Notes: generated from the letters alone by a model not told the origin. Shown: positions 8,739 to 17,094, counted from the stretch's first letter. The stretch is 19,898 bases of DNA from Candidatus Sumerlaeota bacterium (GCA_026398515.1 JAPLSS010000504.1:1-19898); one strand, 5' to 3'. Translations and numbers: made by a program.

Positions 8739-8987
8739 AGCCGACTTCTCCCACTGCTTTGTCTTTGCCGGCGAAACGTTGGCATCATGCCGCGATCCAA
8801 GTCAATCCCGACCGCTCGTAGATAGGAGAAACGGGGGTCATTCATGGCGTGAGCGGTTCGATGGAGGCCTCAGTCAACGGGAGCGAAGTTTAACCGAACC
8901 CTCCCGAAACTGAAACCATTGGAGGCGAACGCCGTTTTCAGGGCCTCGGAGGGCTGGCCATCGGCCTCTCGGATGACGGCCTTGCAT

Positions 8988-9176
8988 TCATAGTTCGTTT
9001 CGATTGCTCTGCACGGGTTTGTCGCCCTCGGCGCGCGACGCCCGCCTTCGCCGCTGCACCGCCTCGCGCAACAGGAATTCGATCTGCCCATTCACGCTGC
9101 GCAATTCGTCCTTTGCCCAACGATTGAGATCGTCCCACAGTTCGGAGTCGATGCGCAGCAGGAAAGGCTTCTTCAT
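8988..9176 (-). CDS. Arc-family ribbon-helix-helix DNA-binding protein
   Basis: MKKPFLLRIDSELWDDLNRWAKDELRSVNGQIEFLLREAV matches the conserved Arc-like RHH family, where a beta-strand is followed by two helices. The short 62-aa protein has an Arg-rich tail. Confidence 0.7.
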   Translation of the reverse strand: MKKPFLLRIDSELWDDLNRWAKDELRSVNGQIEFLLREAVQRRRRASRAEGDKPVQSNRNEL

Positions 9177-9191
9177 TCCACCAACTCTCAA

Positions 9192-9290
9192 AGGAATGAA
9201 AGCCACGGATGAACGCAGATGCGCACAGAAAGATGCTCTGCCTGGGGCCATCTGTGTTCATCTGTGTTCATCCGTGGTTCCTTTCATTCC
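9192..9290. promoter_or_regulatory. operator-like repeat cluster upstream of the Arc-like gene
   Basis: Inverted repeat ggaatgaaag..cacggatgaac (9192-9213) pairs with gttcatccgtgg..ctttcattcc (9266-9290). A 10-bp tandem tctgtgttca x2 (9251-9270) is followed by a degenerate third copy. The half-site GTTCATC/GATGAAC occurs three times, at 9207, 9256 and 9266. Confidence 0.45.
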
Positions 9291-9304
9291 AGTGGCGGGC
9301 GCTT

Positions 9305-10204
9305 TTAGTGATACAACGTCCCGGCGTTGACCACCGGCTGGGCGTTGGTCTCGCCGCAGAGAACCACCAGCAGATTGCTGACCATCGAGGCCTTGCGCTC
9401 GTCGTCCAGTTCCACGACGTTTTCCTGGCGCAGAAGATCGAGCGCCATTCGCACCATGCCGACCGCGCCCTCGACGATCTTCTGCCGCGCGGCGATGATG
9501 GCCGAGGCCTGCTGGCGCTTGAGCATCGCCTCGGCGATTTCGGGCGCGTAGGCCAGATGGCTCAGGCGCGCCTCCAGCACGCGCACGCCCGCTTTTTGCA
9601 GGCGCTGTTCCAGCTCCTGTTCGAGCGCCTTGGACACCTCGTCGATGCTCCCGCGCAGCGTGACGGTTCCTTCCCCTTCCCAGGAATCATACGGGTAGGC
9701 GCTGGCAAGGTGGCGCAGTGCGGACTCGCTCTGGATCATGACGTAGTCCATGTAGTCGTTCACCTCGAAGCAGGCGGCAAAGGTGTTCTCCACCTTCCAC
9801 ACAATGACCGCGGCGATCTCGATGGGATTGCCCGCCTTGTCGTTCACCTTGATCTTTTCGCCGTTCAGGTTATGCAGGCGTAGCGAGATCTTGCGTTTGG
9901 AGTAGAAGGGATTCGTCCAGTGGAATCCCTCGCTCTTGACCGATCCAATGTAGCGCCCGAACAGCAGAAGGACGCAGGCCTCATTCGGCTGGAGCATGAA
10001 GAAGCCGGGCGCGATCAGTATGGCCGCCAGCAGGAGGAACGGCGCGGCGATCAGCATCGCGACCGCGGACGCCGGCGCGACCCGGCTGTTGGCGATCGTG
10101 ACAATGCCGGCGATCGGGCAGGCGATCACCAGGATGAACAGCGCGATGTCCAGACACAGCCACCCCCAACCCGAACGGACTTGCACGTCAATTTCGCGAC
10201 TCAT
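9305..10204 (-). CDS. SPFH/band-7 (stomatin-prohibitin-like) membrane protein
   Basis: N-terminal hydrophobic helices ([23 protein letters not shown] and [19 protein letters not shown]) precede an SPFH core ([23 protein letters not shown]...) and a coiled-coil/Ala-rich C-terminus. RBS GGGGGTGG lies 7 nt upstream of ATG 10204; GTG 10213 is an alternative. Confidence 0.75.
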   Translation of the reverse strand: MSREIDVQVRSGWGWLCLDIALFILVIACPIAGIVTIANSRVAPASAVAMLIAAPFLLLAAILIAPGFFMLQPNEACVLLLFGRYIGSVKSEGFHWTNPFYSKRKISLRLHNLNGEKIKVNDKAGNPIEIAAVIVWKVENTFAACFEVNDYMDYVMIQSESALRHLASAYPYDSWEGEGTVTLRGSIDEVSKALEQELEQRLQKAGVRVLEARLSHLAYAPEIAEAMLKRQQASAIIAARQKIVEGAVGMVRMALDLLRQENVVELDDERKASMVSNLLVVLCGETNAQPVVNAGTLYH

Positions 10205-10231
10205 GGTTGCCACCCCCTGGCATAAGATTAT

Positions 10232-10253
10232 ATCGCCATGATATCATGGCGAT
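10232..10253. promoter_or_regulatory. perfect 22-bp palindrome (ATCGCCATGATATCATGGCGAT) in the SPFH promoter region
   Basis: The sequence is exactly self-complementary, lies 28 nt upstream of the SPFH start codon, and is AT-rich relative to its surroundings. A 2-nt centre is too tight for an RNA hairpin loop, which favours a dimeric-protein operator. Confidence 0.6.
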
Positions 10254-10331
10254 TTCACACGTCAAGGGGAAAACGGATGGGCAGCAGCGGCAGTGGCCTC
10301 TCCGCGTGGCGCAGGCGTCCCGCCTGCTATT

Positions 10332-11537
10332 TCAGCGCGTGGGGTAGAGTCGATGCAGGCGGGACGCCTGCGCCACGTACCCGCCGAAGACTTCGTGCAT
10401 CCGGTCGCAGTAGTAGCGCACGTTGTCCCACTCGGCGTCGCCGGCGATGCGGTGGTCGGGGCAGGGGAGGAAGCCGCCGAGATCGACGAGACGACGCAGT
10501 CGCTCGATCTCGGCGTCGATGGTTGCATGGTCGCGGGCGAAGATCTTCTTGTTCATGCCGCCCACGCCGCGCAGTTCCCGGCCATACTGCTTGCGCCATG
10601 GCTCGATGCTGGCGTCCCAAACGCCGACTTCGATGGGGAACATCGTGTTGACCCCGTTGCCGATCCACGTGGGGATCAGCGCGTCGATCTTGCCGTCGCA
10701 GTCCAGCGACACGATGTCGATGCCGTATTGATGCACGAGATCAGTGATGCGCCGGTAATGCGGGCCGATTTTGGCCTCGAACACGCGCGGCGAGATGAGC
10801 GGGCCGCTGCGATAGCAGATGTCCTCCCAGAAGTGGGCGAAATCGAACTTCGCGCCCGACTCCAGGGCGGTTTTGACGCACCGATGGCAAACCTCGGCGG
10901 CGGTCTCGATCATCTCATCCAGCAGCGGCTCGTCGTCGGCGAGCAGATAGACCGAGCCTTCCAGGGTCAGCCAGTTGCGGATGCGCCCATACAAACTGCC
11001 ACAGAACAGCCCGAGCGGATAATCGCGTTCGCCCTCGCGCAGGAATTCGGCGCCGCCTTCGTCGAACGGGACCATCTGGTCGCCGACGCGAACCTTGGCT
11101 TTCCGCACGCGGTCCGCTGAGAAGCGGAGCCGGGGCTTGTAATGCTCCTCCCACGCCGCACGGTCCTTGAGCAGGTGGTCGACGTCGGGTTGAATCGACC
11201 CCGCGCCGGGGACCTCCAGGATAGTCACGCCTTCGCCGTTCATGATCGTGCGCGACCCGTCGGGCCGCTCCTCGATCACCCGTCGTTGAAAGGCCGGCGC
11301 CAGGCTCGTTTGCGGCGAGAAGAGGGTGTGCCAACAGAGATCAAAGCCGATCTTGCGGCCGAGCGCCTCGCCGGCCGGCGTTCCGTCGGCGTATGCGCGC
11401 GCCTCGTCGCGGGTGATGTGCCCTTCCCTGGCCCATTTGTTCAACGTCTCCGCCAGAAAGCCGAAATGGACCACCGGCGCGTGGTCCGCCGATTCGTAGT
11501 GGAGGATTCGCATGGCGGCTTCGCGATGGGTCATCAT
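10332..11537 (-). CDS. uroporphyrinogen decarboxylase (URO-D) family protein (MtaA/CmuA-like methyltransferase or decarboxylase)
   Basis: Length (~400 aa) and motifs such as GVNTMFPIEVGVWDASIEPWRKQYGREL..VGGMNKK are consistent with URO-D-fold enzymes. RBS GGAGGG lies 9 nt before ATG 11537. The ORF-track start at 11573 is unsupported by an RBS. Confidence 0.55.
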   Translation of the reverse strand: MMTHREAAMRILHYESADHAPVVHFGFLAETLNKWAREGHITRDEARAYADGTPAGEALGRKIGFDLCWHTLFSPQTSLAPAFQRRVIEERPDGSRTIMNGEGVTILEVPGAGSIQPDVDHLLKDRAAWEEHYKPRLRFSADRVRKAKVRVGDQMVPFDEGGAEFLREGERDYPLGLFCGSLYGRIRNWLTLEGSVYLLADDEPLLDEMIETAAEVCHRCVKTALESGAKFDFAHFWEDICYRSGPLISPRVFEAKIGPHYRRITDLVHQYGIDIVSLDCDGKIDALIPTWIGNGVNTMFPIEVGVWDASIEPWRKQYGRELRGVGGMNKKIFARDHATIDAEIERLRRLVDLGGFLPCPDHRIAGDAEWDNVRYYCDRMHEVFGGYVAQASRLHRLYPTR

Positions 11538-11598
11538 GGGGCGATCCCTCCAAACCGGGGGTGTTAGTGGCACGGACTCGCGGGATTCCCGCTTCCCT

Positions 11599-11685
11599 CA
11601 ATCGTCCTGCCCCGAATCGTCCTGCCTTGGTCGGTTTCGCTCGATAGCACGACGTCAGGCAGGACGATTAAGGGCAGGACGATTG
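11599..11685. repeat. 28-bp near-perfect inverted repeat, built from tandem 12-mers, flanking a 31-nt core
   Basis: AATCGTCCTGCC x2 (11600-11611 and 11615-11626) is mirrored by GGCAGGACGATT x2 (11658-11669 and 11673-11684). The arms match at 26/28 positions. It is intergenic, between the sulfatase stop and the URO-D start. Confidence 0.8.
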
Positions 11686-11742
11686 GGGGCCGCCATGGAA
11701 TTCCGTCGCCCGAACGCTTGATTGCGGCCTCGTTTCTCTATG

Positions 11743-13695
11743 CTATTGCTCTCTCTTCTCCCCGCGGATGAAGTCGATGCGAATGTCCGCGGGCTTGTCG
11801 GTTTCCACGCTCAAGCGCAGCGCCACGATCTTCTTCTTCCAGCGCGGATTCTCCCCGACGGCGAACACGCAATCGTGGAATTGCCCGTCCGCTTGCAGGG
11901 GAACCGGAACGCTCTTCGGGGGGCTCCACCGCGTCAAGCCTTCGGCCAGCCACCACAGCGTGACCGAGCGCCCCGCGCTTGCCGCCATCCGCACGCGGAC
12001 CGTGGGATAGGCCTTGCCGTTGATCGCGCAGGCTTCGAGGGTCATCGACGGCTCGCGCCCCGTGGTTTTCGTCGCCAGGCAACCGTCCGCAATCGCCGGC
12101 GGCGCCAGGTCCTTGGCGGCCGTCCAGCCGTCGAGCGATTTGTCGAACGAAAAGTCGAGTCGGGTGACGCCGCCCGGCGCGGAGGCCGCCGGTTGCTCGG
12201 GCTCTCTCTGCGGACGCTTCGGCTCGGGCGCCGTCCCCTGCTCCGCCTCCTCGAGGGGGTGTTTGGGCGCCGTGCGGCCCTTGAATCGCGCCATGGCGGC
12301 CTGCAAGTCGATGTTGTCGCCGGTCTCCTTGCGCCACTGGTCGGTCAACGCGCGCAGCTTCGCCTTGATCTCGGCGCAGGCGGGGTCGTCGACGCGGTTG
12401 TTCAATTCGTAGGGATCGTCTTTCACATTATAGAGAAGCCAGTCGCCGTCCTCGATTCCGACGGACCAGGCATAGAGCCACTCCTTAGTCCGCACGGCGC
12501 GCCAGGACGGGATGAATCCCCCGCCGCCTCCGGTCGAGTTGATCGAGAGGAAGACGGATTCCGGCTCCTTATCGCTCTTGCCCGACAACACCTGGGATAG
12601 GTCCACGCCCTGCACGCCGTTGGGGATCGGCGCGCCGCACAGGCCGAGGAGCGTGGGCATCACGTCGACCGACGCGAACAGCGCGTCCTTCTTCTGGCCC
12701 GCGGGGATCTGGTCCGGCCAGCGCAGGAGGAACGGGATGTGCGCCGCCTCCTCCCACGGCCGCTGTTTTAGGCGCTGCCCCTGGGAATACAGCATGTCGC
12801 CATGGTCCGCCGAGAAGCAGACGATCGTCCGCCCGGCGATGCCCAGTTCGTCCAGCGCCTGCGTCATCCGGCCGACCTCGTGGTCCAGGCTGGCGATCAG
12901 GCCATAGTACTGCGCGATGTCGCGGCGCGCCGCGGCCTCCATGGATTTCGGCACGTTCGGTCGCAGCGGGACCTTCGCCGGATCGTAGAGGTCGAATTCC
13001 TCCGGCGGCTTGTAGGGGTTGTGCGGCGGGCCAAACGAGAGCATGAGGAGGAACGGCCGCTCGCGGTTCGCCTTCATGAAGTCGATGGCGAGGTTCGCCT
13101 GGTTCGTCGGCTCGTATCCGTCGACGGGGATCGGCTCCGGCGTGTCGCGGTAATAGTGGGTCTTGTAGTAGTTGTGGCTGCATTCGAGGGCGGCCCAGAA
13201 ATCGAACCCCTGGCGCGCCGGCCCCGGAGGGATGAAACCGCCGTGGCGAATGTCGCCGACCGGCGCGCGCCGGGCGCCTTCGAGGTGCCACTTGCCGATG
13301 TAGCCGGTGGAGTAGCCCTGGTCCCTTAACACCTCGGCGATAGTGATCTCCGACTCCGGCAGTTTGATGTCGTTGGTGATGACGCCGGTCGCGTGGCCGT
13401 AGCGCCCGGTGAGGAGCTGCGCGCGGTACGGCGAGCACAGCGGCGTGCACGAGAAGGCGTTGGTCAGCATCATGCCTTCGGCGGCGAGGCGGTCCAGGTT
13501 CGGCGTCTGCACGTATGGATCGCCCGCGCACCCCATCGCGCAAAAGCGCATCTGGTCGGCGAACACGTAGAGGATATTGGGGCGCTCTTTGGATTCTTCC
13601 GCAAGAAGCGGTGATTGCGGCAGAAATGAGGCCGCGGCCACGGCGCCGGACATGCGGTGGATGAACGCACGTCGGTTCAACGATTCATTGGGCAC
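11743..13695 (-). CDS. TAT-exported Cys-type sulfatase with C-terminal extra domain
   Basis: CTPLCSPYRAQLLTGRY is the sulfatase C-x-P-x-R FGly-modification signature. GKWHLG, SADHGD and the NILYVFADQ N-terminal metal-site motifs are also present. The RRAFIHRMSGAVAAASFL TAT signal implies the GTG 13695 start, which has AAGGAG 8 nt upstream. A Pro/Glu-rich linker and a ~160-aa C-terminal domain of unknown function follow. Confidence 0.85.
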   Translation of the reverse strand: MPNESLNRRAFIHRMSGAVAAASFLPQSPLLAEESKERPNILYVFADQMRFCAMGCAGDPYVQTPNLDRLAAEGMMLTNAFSCTPLCSPYRAQLLTGRYGHATGVITNDIKLPESEITIAEVLRDQGYSTGYIGKWHLEGARRAPVGDIRHGGFIPPGPARQGFDFWAALECSHNYYKTHYYRDTPEPIPVDGYEPTNQANLAIDFMKANRERPFLLMLSFGPPHNPYKPPEEFDLYDPAKVPLRPNVPKSMEAAARRDIAQYYGLIASLDHEVGRMTQALDELGIAGRTIVCFSADHGDMLYSQGQRLKQRPWEEAAHIPFLLRWPDQIPAGQKKDALFASVDVMPTLLGLCGAPIPNGVQGVDLSQVLSGKSDKEPESVFLSINSTGGGGGFIPSWRAVRTKEWLYAWSVGIEDGDWLLYNVKDDPYELNNRVDDPACAEIKAKLRALTDQWRKETGDNIDLQAAMARFKGRTAPKHPLEEAEQGTAPEPKRPQREPEQPAASAPGGVTRLDFSFDKSLDGWTAAKDLAPPAIADGCLATKTTGREPSMTLEACAINGKAYPTVRVRMAASAGRSVTLWWLAEGLTRWSPPKSVPVPLQADGQFHDCVFAVGENPRWKKKIVALRLSVETDKPADIRIDFIRGEKREQ

Positions 13696-13725
13696 AACAA
13701 CATCTCCTTCTCTTTGAGAACGGGG

Positions 13726-13813
13726 AGTATGGAGTCCCGCCTTTAGGCGGAATGTGCGATTGCCGGACTGTGCTTACCTAGCATCATTCCGCCTGAAGGC
13801 GGGACTCCATACT
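13726..13813. repeat. 29-bp inverted repeat (28/29) with internal mini-hairpins, flanking a 30-nt core
   Basis: 13726-13754 (agtatggagtcccgcctttaggcggaatg) matches the reverse complement of 13785-13813 except for one base. Each arm contains ccgcc-NNNN-ggcgg. A further nested inverted repeat, agtgcgac...gtcgcact (13838-13891), lies immediately downstream. Confidence 0.8.
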
Positions 13814-13899
13814 GCTGATCCTTGTTTAGGCCCGTAGTGCGACGTTCAGGTCGTACGAATACTCGACGACTTGTACGACCCAAAAGTCGCACTCCGAAC

Positions 13900-15165
13900 T
13901 CAACCCGCCACGATTTCGGCCACATCCGCGATGAACAACTGCCGCGCGCCGTGAGGAGCGGCTTGGAAACACACCTTCGTGAAATCGCGGCTCCACGCCG
14001 GATGGCCGTCCACTCGGAACACACTATCCGGATATTTCGACGGGTCAATGGTGGGGATGCCGCAGACGATTCTTTCTTCTTCCGCCGCGAGATCGACCAG
14101 CCGGATTTCCATGCGAGCCCCGTCTTCGCCTTTCTGCCGCTGGTCCGTCACGATGAACCGTCCGCGCGGCTCGATGCTCGGATGGCCCCGGCCTTCGATC
14201 TTCCCGCTCAGGCAGCGCGTCTCCGAGCCGTCAAACCGAAACTGCCAGTAGCGCGACTTCGCGACGCCGTCGGCCTTCATGTGGCGAAGAACGTGAACCC
14301 CGTCGGCATGCCAGTTTGGATGGCCGCCGCTGGCGCCCCAGACGGGCAGGCGCTCGCTCCCCGCCCCGCCCTGCGCGAAGCGGATGTCGCTCCCATCGGG
14401 ATTGAACGTAAAAACCATCGGGTTCACCGTGGCGGGCATCTGCGGATGAAGATAGCGGAGCACTTGCATCACCCGCGTTCCCTGGCGGTTGAACTTCGAA
14501 TGCCAGAAGTAATAGGCGCCGCCGGGGCGAGGCGGGGCAGAGGGAACGCGCGCCGCCACGTCCGCCAAACTGACGAGCAGCGTCTTCTCGTTCGTGCGCA
14601 GGTCGGTTCGCCAGATCCCCTCGTCCGTCGCCGCGCCGGGCGGAAGGCGGCGCGGATTCCCCGGCTCCTTCGGCGGCACGCCGTAGCCGAGTTGCGTCAC
14701 ATCGCGCTGTTCGTGCGGGAAGCCGATCACGCACGACTCGTCCGGCGCGATGCTGTAGAGCGGGCCGGCGAACGCGCGGGTTTCCCGCGTCTCCAGGTCG
14801 ATCCGCACGCACACCGCCGCATCGCCGATCACGTCGTTGGCGTAGAGGCGGCGATCCGTCGCGCCCCAATGCACGTTGGCGCCGGTCTGGAAGCCCCAGC
14901 AGCGCGTCGAGTACACGGACTGAATGGTTTGCTCCTCCAGGTCGATGACGCAGACCTCGGCCGCGTCGCCCAGCACGGGCATGCGGTCTTGGAACGGCAG
15001 GCGCGTGGCCGCCAGATAGCGTTGCGACGGGCTGAACGGCGTGACGTCAAAATAGGTCTGCACGTAGAAGCCGCCCTCGGGCGTAACCTGCATGACCGGG
15101 GCCAGTGTTTCACCTGGGCGGTAGGGCGTCAGGCGAAACGGCCTTTTCTTCCATGCATCGCGCAT
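13900..15165 (-). CDS. cytoplasmic beta-propeller protein, oligogalacturonide-lyase-like (tentative)
   Basis: The 421-aa ORF has an AAAGGA RBS 7 nt before ATG 15165 and no signal peptide. Its overall pattern (N-terminal LTPY..., repeated aromatic/Gly-rich blades, C-terminal HPAWSRDFTKV) recalls the OGL/Pectate_lyase22 beta-propeller family, a weak similarity judged by eye. Confidence 0.5.
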   Translation of the reverse strand: MRDAWKKRPFRLTPYRPGETLAPVMQVTPEGGFYVQTYFDVTPFSPSQRYLAATRLPFQDRMPVLGDAAEVCVIDLEEQTIQSVYSTRCWGFQTGANVHWGATDRRLYANDVIGDAAVCVRIDLETRETRAFAGPLYSIAPDESCVIGFPHEQRDVTQLGYGVPPKEPGNPRRLPPGAATDEGIWRTDLRTNEKTLLVSLADVAARVPSAPPRPGGAYYFWHSKFNRQGTRVMQVLRYLHPQMPATVNPMVFTFNPDGSDIRFAQGGAGSERLPVWGASGGHPNWHADGVHVLRHMKADGVAKSRYWQFRFDGSETRCLSGKIEGRGHPSIEPRGRFIVTDQRQKGEDGARMEIRLVDLAAEEERIVCGIPTIDPSKYPDSVFRVDGHPAWSRDFTKVCFQAAPHGARQLFIADVAEIVAG

Positions 15166-15264
15166 CGTTGTTCCTTTCTCCCGCGGGGTTGTCTTTCGGG
15201 CCTCTTAGAAACCGACCGGAACACTGCGGCTGAATGGCAGAACAGGCTGCGCCCAGATCGCAAT

Positions 15265-15627
15265 TCAGACGCTGCCGTGAGGGGGCGGTTGACGGAGCAG
15301 CGGCTCCAACTGCGCAATCAACACCGGGAGATGAATCGTGGCCAGCGCCCAGATGCGTTCGTGCTTGATCTCGCCGTATTCATGCGCGAGCACGTTGCGC
15401 TGGGCAATGACCTTCCGCCAGGGAATCTCGGAGTGGACATTCTGGAAGCCGCGAGAGACGTTGTGCGCCGCTTCGCCGATGATCTCGATATGTCTTTCCA
15501 CTGCGCCTCTTAGCATGCGATTGCGCAGATACTCGTCAAATGTCCGGCCGGACACGAACTCACACACCGCCCGGGCGGCGTCGAGCATGTCCCAGATATA
15601 CGAGGCGTCGCCGGTTTCAGCCCGCAT
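15265..15627 (-). CDS. hepT: HepT-like (DUF86) nucleotidyltransferase-substrate-binding toxin of a HepT/MntA toxin-antitoxin pair
   Basis: MRAETGDASYIWDMLDAARAVCEFV...RNRMLRGAVERHIEIIGEAAHNVS...RNVLAHEYGEIKHERIWA carries a DUF86/HepT-like Rx4HxY-type motif (RNVLAHEY). It overlaps the upstream mntA by 11 nt. The longer ORF-track start at 15849 would read through mntA in another frame. Confidence 0.75.
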   Translation of the reverse strand: MRAETGDASYIWDMLDAARAVCEFVSGRTFDEYLRNRMLRGAVERHIEIIGEAAHNVSRGFQNVHSEIPWRKVIAQRNVLAHEYGEIKHERIWALATIHLPVLIAQLEPLLRQPPPHGSV

Positions 15628-15922
15628 AAATGACCTCGTGCGTGCGAAGGATCTCGTGACGGCGATAGGGATTGCGCAGGGCGTCCTTCTCCACCAAGTC
15701 CACCGAGCGGCCGATGATTTGCTCCAATTCCTCGCGGATGTCGACAAGGTCCCACAGGCTCCAGGGCGCGTCTGGGGCAAAAGTGACCAAGACGTCGACG
15801 TCGCTGTCCGGACGGAAGTCGTCCCGCAATACCGAGCCAAAAAGCGCAAATTCCGTGATCTTCCACTTGCGGCAGAACTCGGGAATGCGGTCCGTGGGGA
15901 TAGCCAAAGAATATCGGCTCAT
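15617..15922 (-). CDS. mntA: MntA-like minimal nucleotidyltransferase antitoxin
   Basis: GSVLRDDFRPDSDVDVLV is the GS-x(9-10)-DxD nucleotidyltransferase motif. RBS GGAGGG lies 6 nt before ATG 15922. It sits immediately upstream of hepT and overlaps it. Confidence 0.8.
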   Translation of the reverse strand: MSRYSLAIPTDRIPEFCRKWKITEFALFGSVLRDDFRPDSDVDVLVTFAPDAPWSLWDLVDIREELEQIIGRSVDLVEKDALRNPYRRHEILRTHEVIYAG

Positions 15923-16140
15923 TGCGGCCCTCCGAGGTCAGTGATGCGAGTATGGGGGAACAGGCGGCGAACTCGCAATAGAAAGACGCTCGTCGTCTGC
16001 GGAATCGGCCTGCCTTGACCGGGCTTGCGCCGCTGTTGGAATGGATCCTCGAAAACTCCTATACGGCGCTTGGGCCTCTGCATACTATTCCGCCCGGCGA
16101 TTGGCAAGAAATTGACATTTCAACGCAGGAGAATGGCTGT

Positions 16141-17094
16141 ATGCAATCCGGGATGTCTTCCTTCTTAGTGCTCGGCGGGCTTTGGCTGACCCTATCCGCC
16201 GCCGCTGTCCGCGCCGACGACTGGCCCCAGTGGCGCGGGCCGGGCCGCGACGGCGTGTGGAAGGAAACCGGCGTCGTCGAGACGTTCGACAAGCCGCAAC
16301 TCGACCTCGTCTGGCGGCAGCCCATCGGCGGCGGCTATTGCGGCCCGACGGTGGCGCAGGGGCGCCTCTACGTCGCCGACCGCCTCACCACCCCCACCGA
16401 ACAGGAGCGCATCCTGTGCTTCGACGCGATGACGGGGGAGAGGCTGTGGGCTTACGCCTACGAACGTGAGTACCGCAACCTGCAGTACGCGTCGGGCCCG
16501 CGCGCCTCGATCTCCATCGACGACGGGCGCGCCTACGCTCTGGGTTCGTTCGCCGATTTCCATTGCCTCGACGCGGCTAGCGGCAAGGTCCTTTGGGGCA
16601 AGGACATGCTCAAGGAATACCAGGTGCGCGTGCCGCAGTGGGGCATCGCCGCCGCGCCGCTCGTCGAGGGCGACCTGGTCGTCCTGCATGTCGGCGGCTC
16701 GAACGGCGCGTGCCTGGTGGCGTTCGACAAGAAGACCGGCGAGGAACGTTGGCGCGCGCTCAACGACCGCGCCTCGTATTCCGCGCCGATCATCATCGAC
16801 CAGGCGGGCAAGCGGGTTCTCGTCTGCCTGACCGGCGAGCGCGTGGTGGGGCTCGATCTGCAATCCGGGCAACTCGATTGGGAGTGTCCGTTCCCGCCCA
16901 GCCCCAGGCGGGGGCCGATCACCGTCGCCTCGCCCGTTTTTCACAGCGGCTATCTCTTCTTCACCAACTTCTATGAAGGCTCGTTGTTGTTGAAAGTTGT
17001 GCCGGACAAACTGGCGGTTGAGGAGGCTGGAGCACGATGCACTTCATCCAGAACGGCGACAAGGTTTGGCTGTTCACCGAGCGCGGCGAGCTGA
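16141..17094 (+). CDS. secreted PQQ-like beta-propeller repeat protein (BamB-like); reading frame breaks near 17000-17040
   Basis: Signal peptide MQSGMSSFLVLGGLWLTLSAAAVRA is followed by DDWPQWRGPGRDGV and repeated GxLYV/LxALDAxTGxxLW blades. The frame-1 ORF ends at 17094 with an implausible tail. The final blade continues in another frame (17037-17411). Confidence 0.7.
   Translation: MQSGMSSFLVLGGLWLTLSAAAVRADDWPQWRGPGRDGVWKETGVVETFDKPQLDLVWRQPIGGGYCGPTVAQGRLYVADRLTTPTEQERILCFDAMTGERLWAYAYEREYRNLQYASGPRASISIDDGRAYALGSFADFHCLDAASGKVLWGKDMLKEYQVRVPQWGIAAAPLVEGDLVVLHVGGSNGACLVAFDKKTGEERWRALNDRASYSAPIIIDQAGKRVLVCLTGERVVGLDLQSGQLDWECPFPPSPRRGPITVASPVFHSGYLFFTNFYEGSLLLKVVPDKLAVEEAGARCTSSRTATRFGCSPSAAS

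Noticed and set aside
9249-9280. Short tandem repeat tctgtgttca x2-3 considered as a possible CRISPR or VNTR
   Set aside because: There are only 2-3 copies of a 10-mer with no spacers. It fits an operator half-site array better. No cas genes are in the window.
10293-11120. 275-aa ORF (+), plus 10238-10651 (+) and 10327-10668 (-)
   Set aside because: They are antisense to or out of frame with the URO-D family gene. The 10238-10651 ORF is extremely Arg-rich (RRRRCGGRGRGGSRRDRRDD), which is not protein-like.
11722-13543. Overlapping ORFs 11722-12600 (+), 11738-12337 (-), 12569-13543 (-) and 12802-13329 (+)
   Set aside because: All overlap the sulfatase CDS, whose frame carries the CxPxR signature, TAT signal and metal-site motifs. 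The alternatives are Arg/Pro/Gly-rich GC-artefact ORFs.
13822-15513. 563-aa ORF on the + strand, and 14231-14869 (-)
   Set aside because: They are antisense to or out of frame with the 421-aa beta-propeller gene, which has a good RBS. Their composition is dominated by Arg/Ala/Gly runs.
16113-16141. TTGACA hexamer upstream of the PQQ gene as a sigma70 -35 box
   Set aside because: No acceptable -10 hexamer lies at 16-19 bp spacing, and the RBS would fall between the putative -35 and -10. It is not supportable.
16192-16944. 250-aa ORF (-), plus 16466-16831 (+) and 16593-16976 (+)
   Set aside because: They are antisense to or out of frame with the PQQ beta-propeller gene. Their composition is dominated by R/A/G/P.
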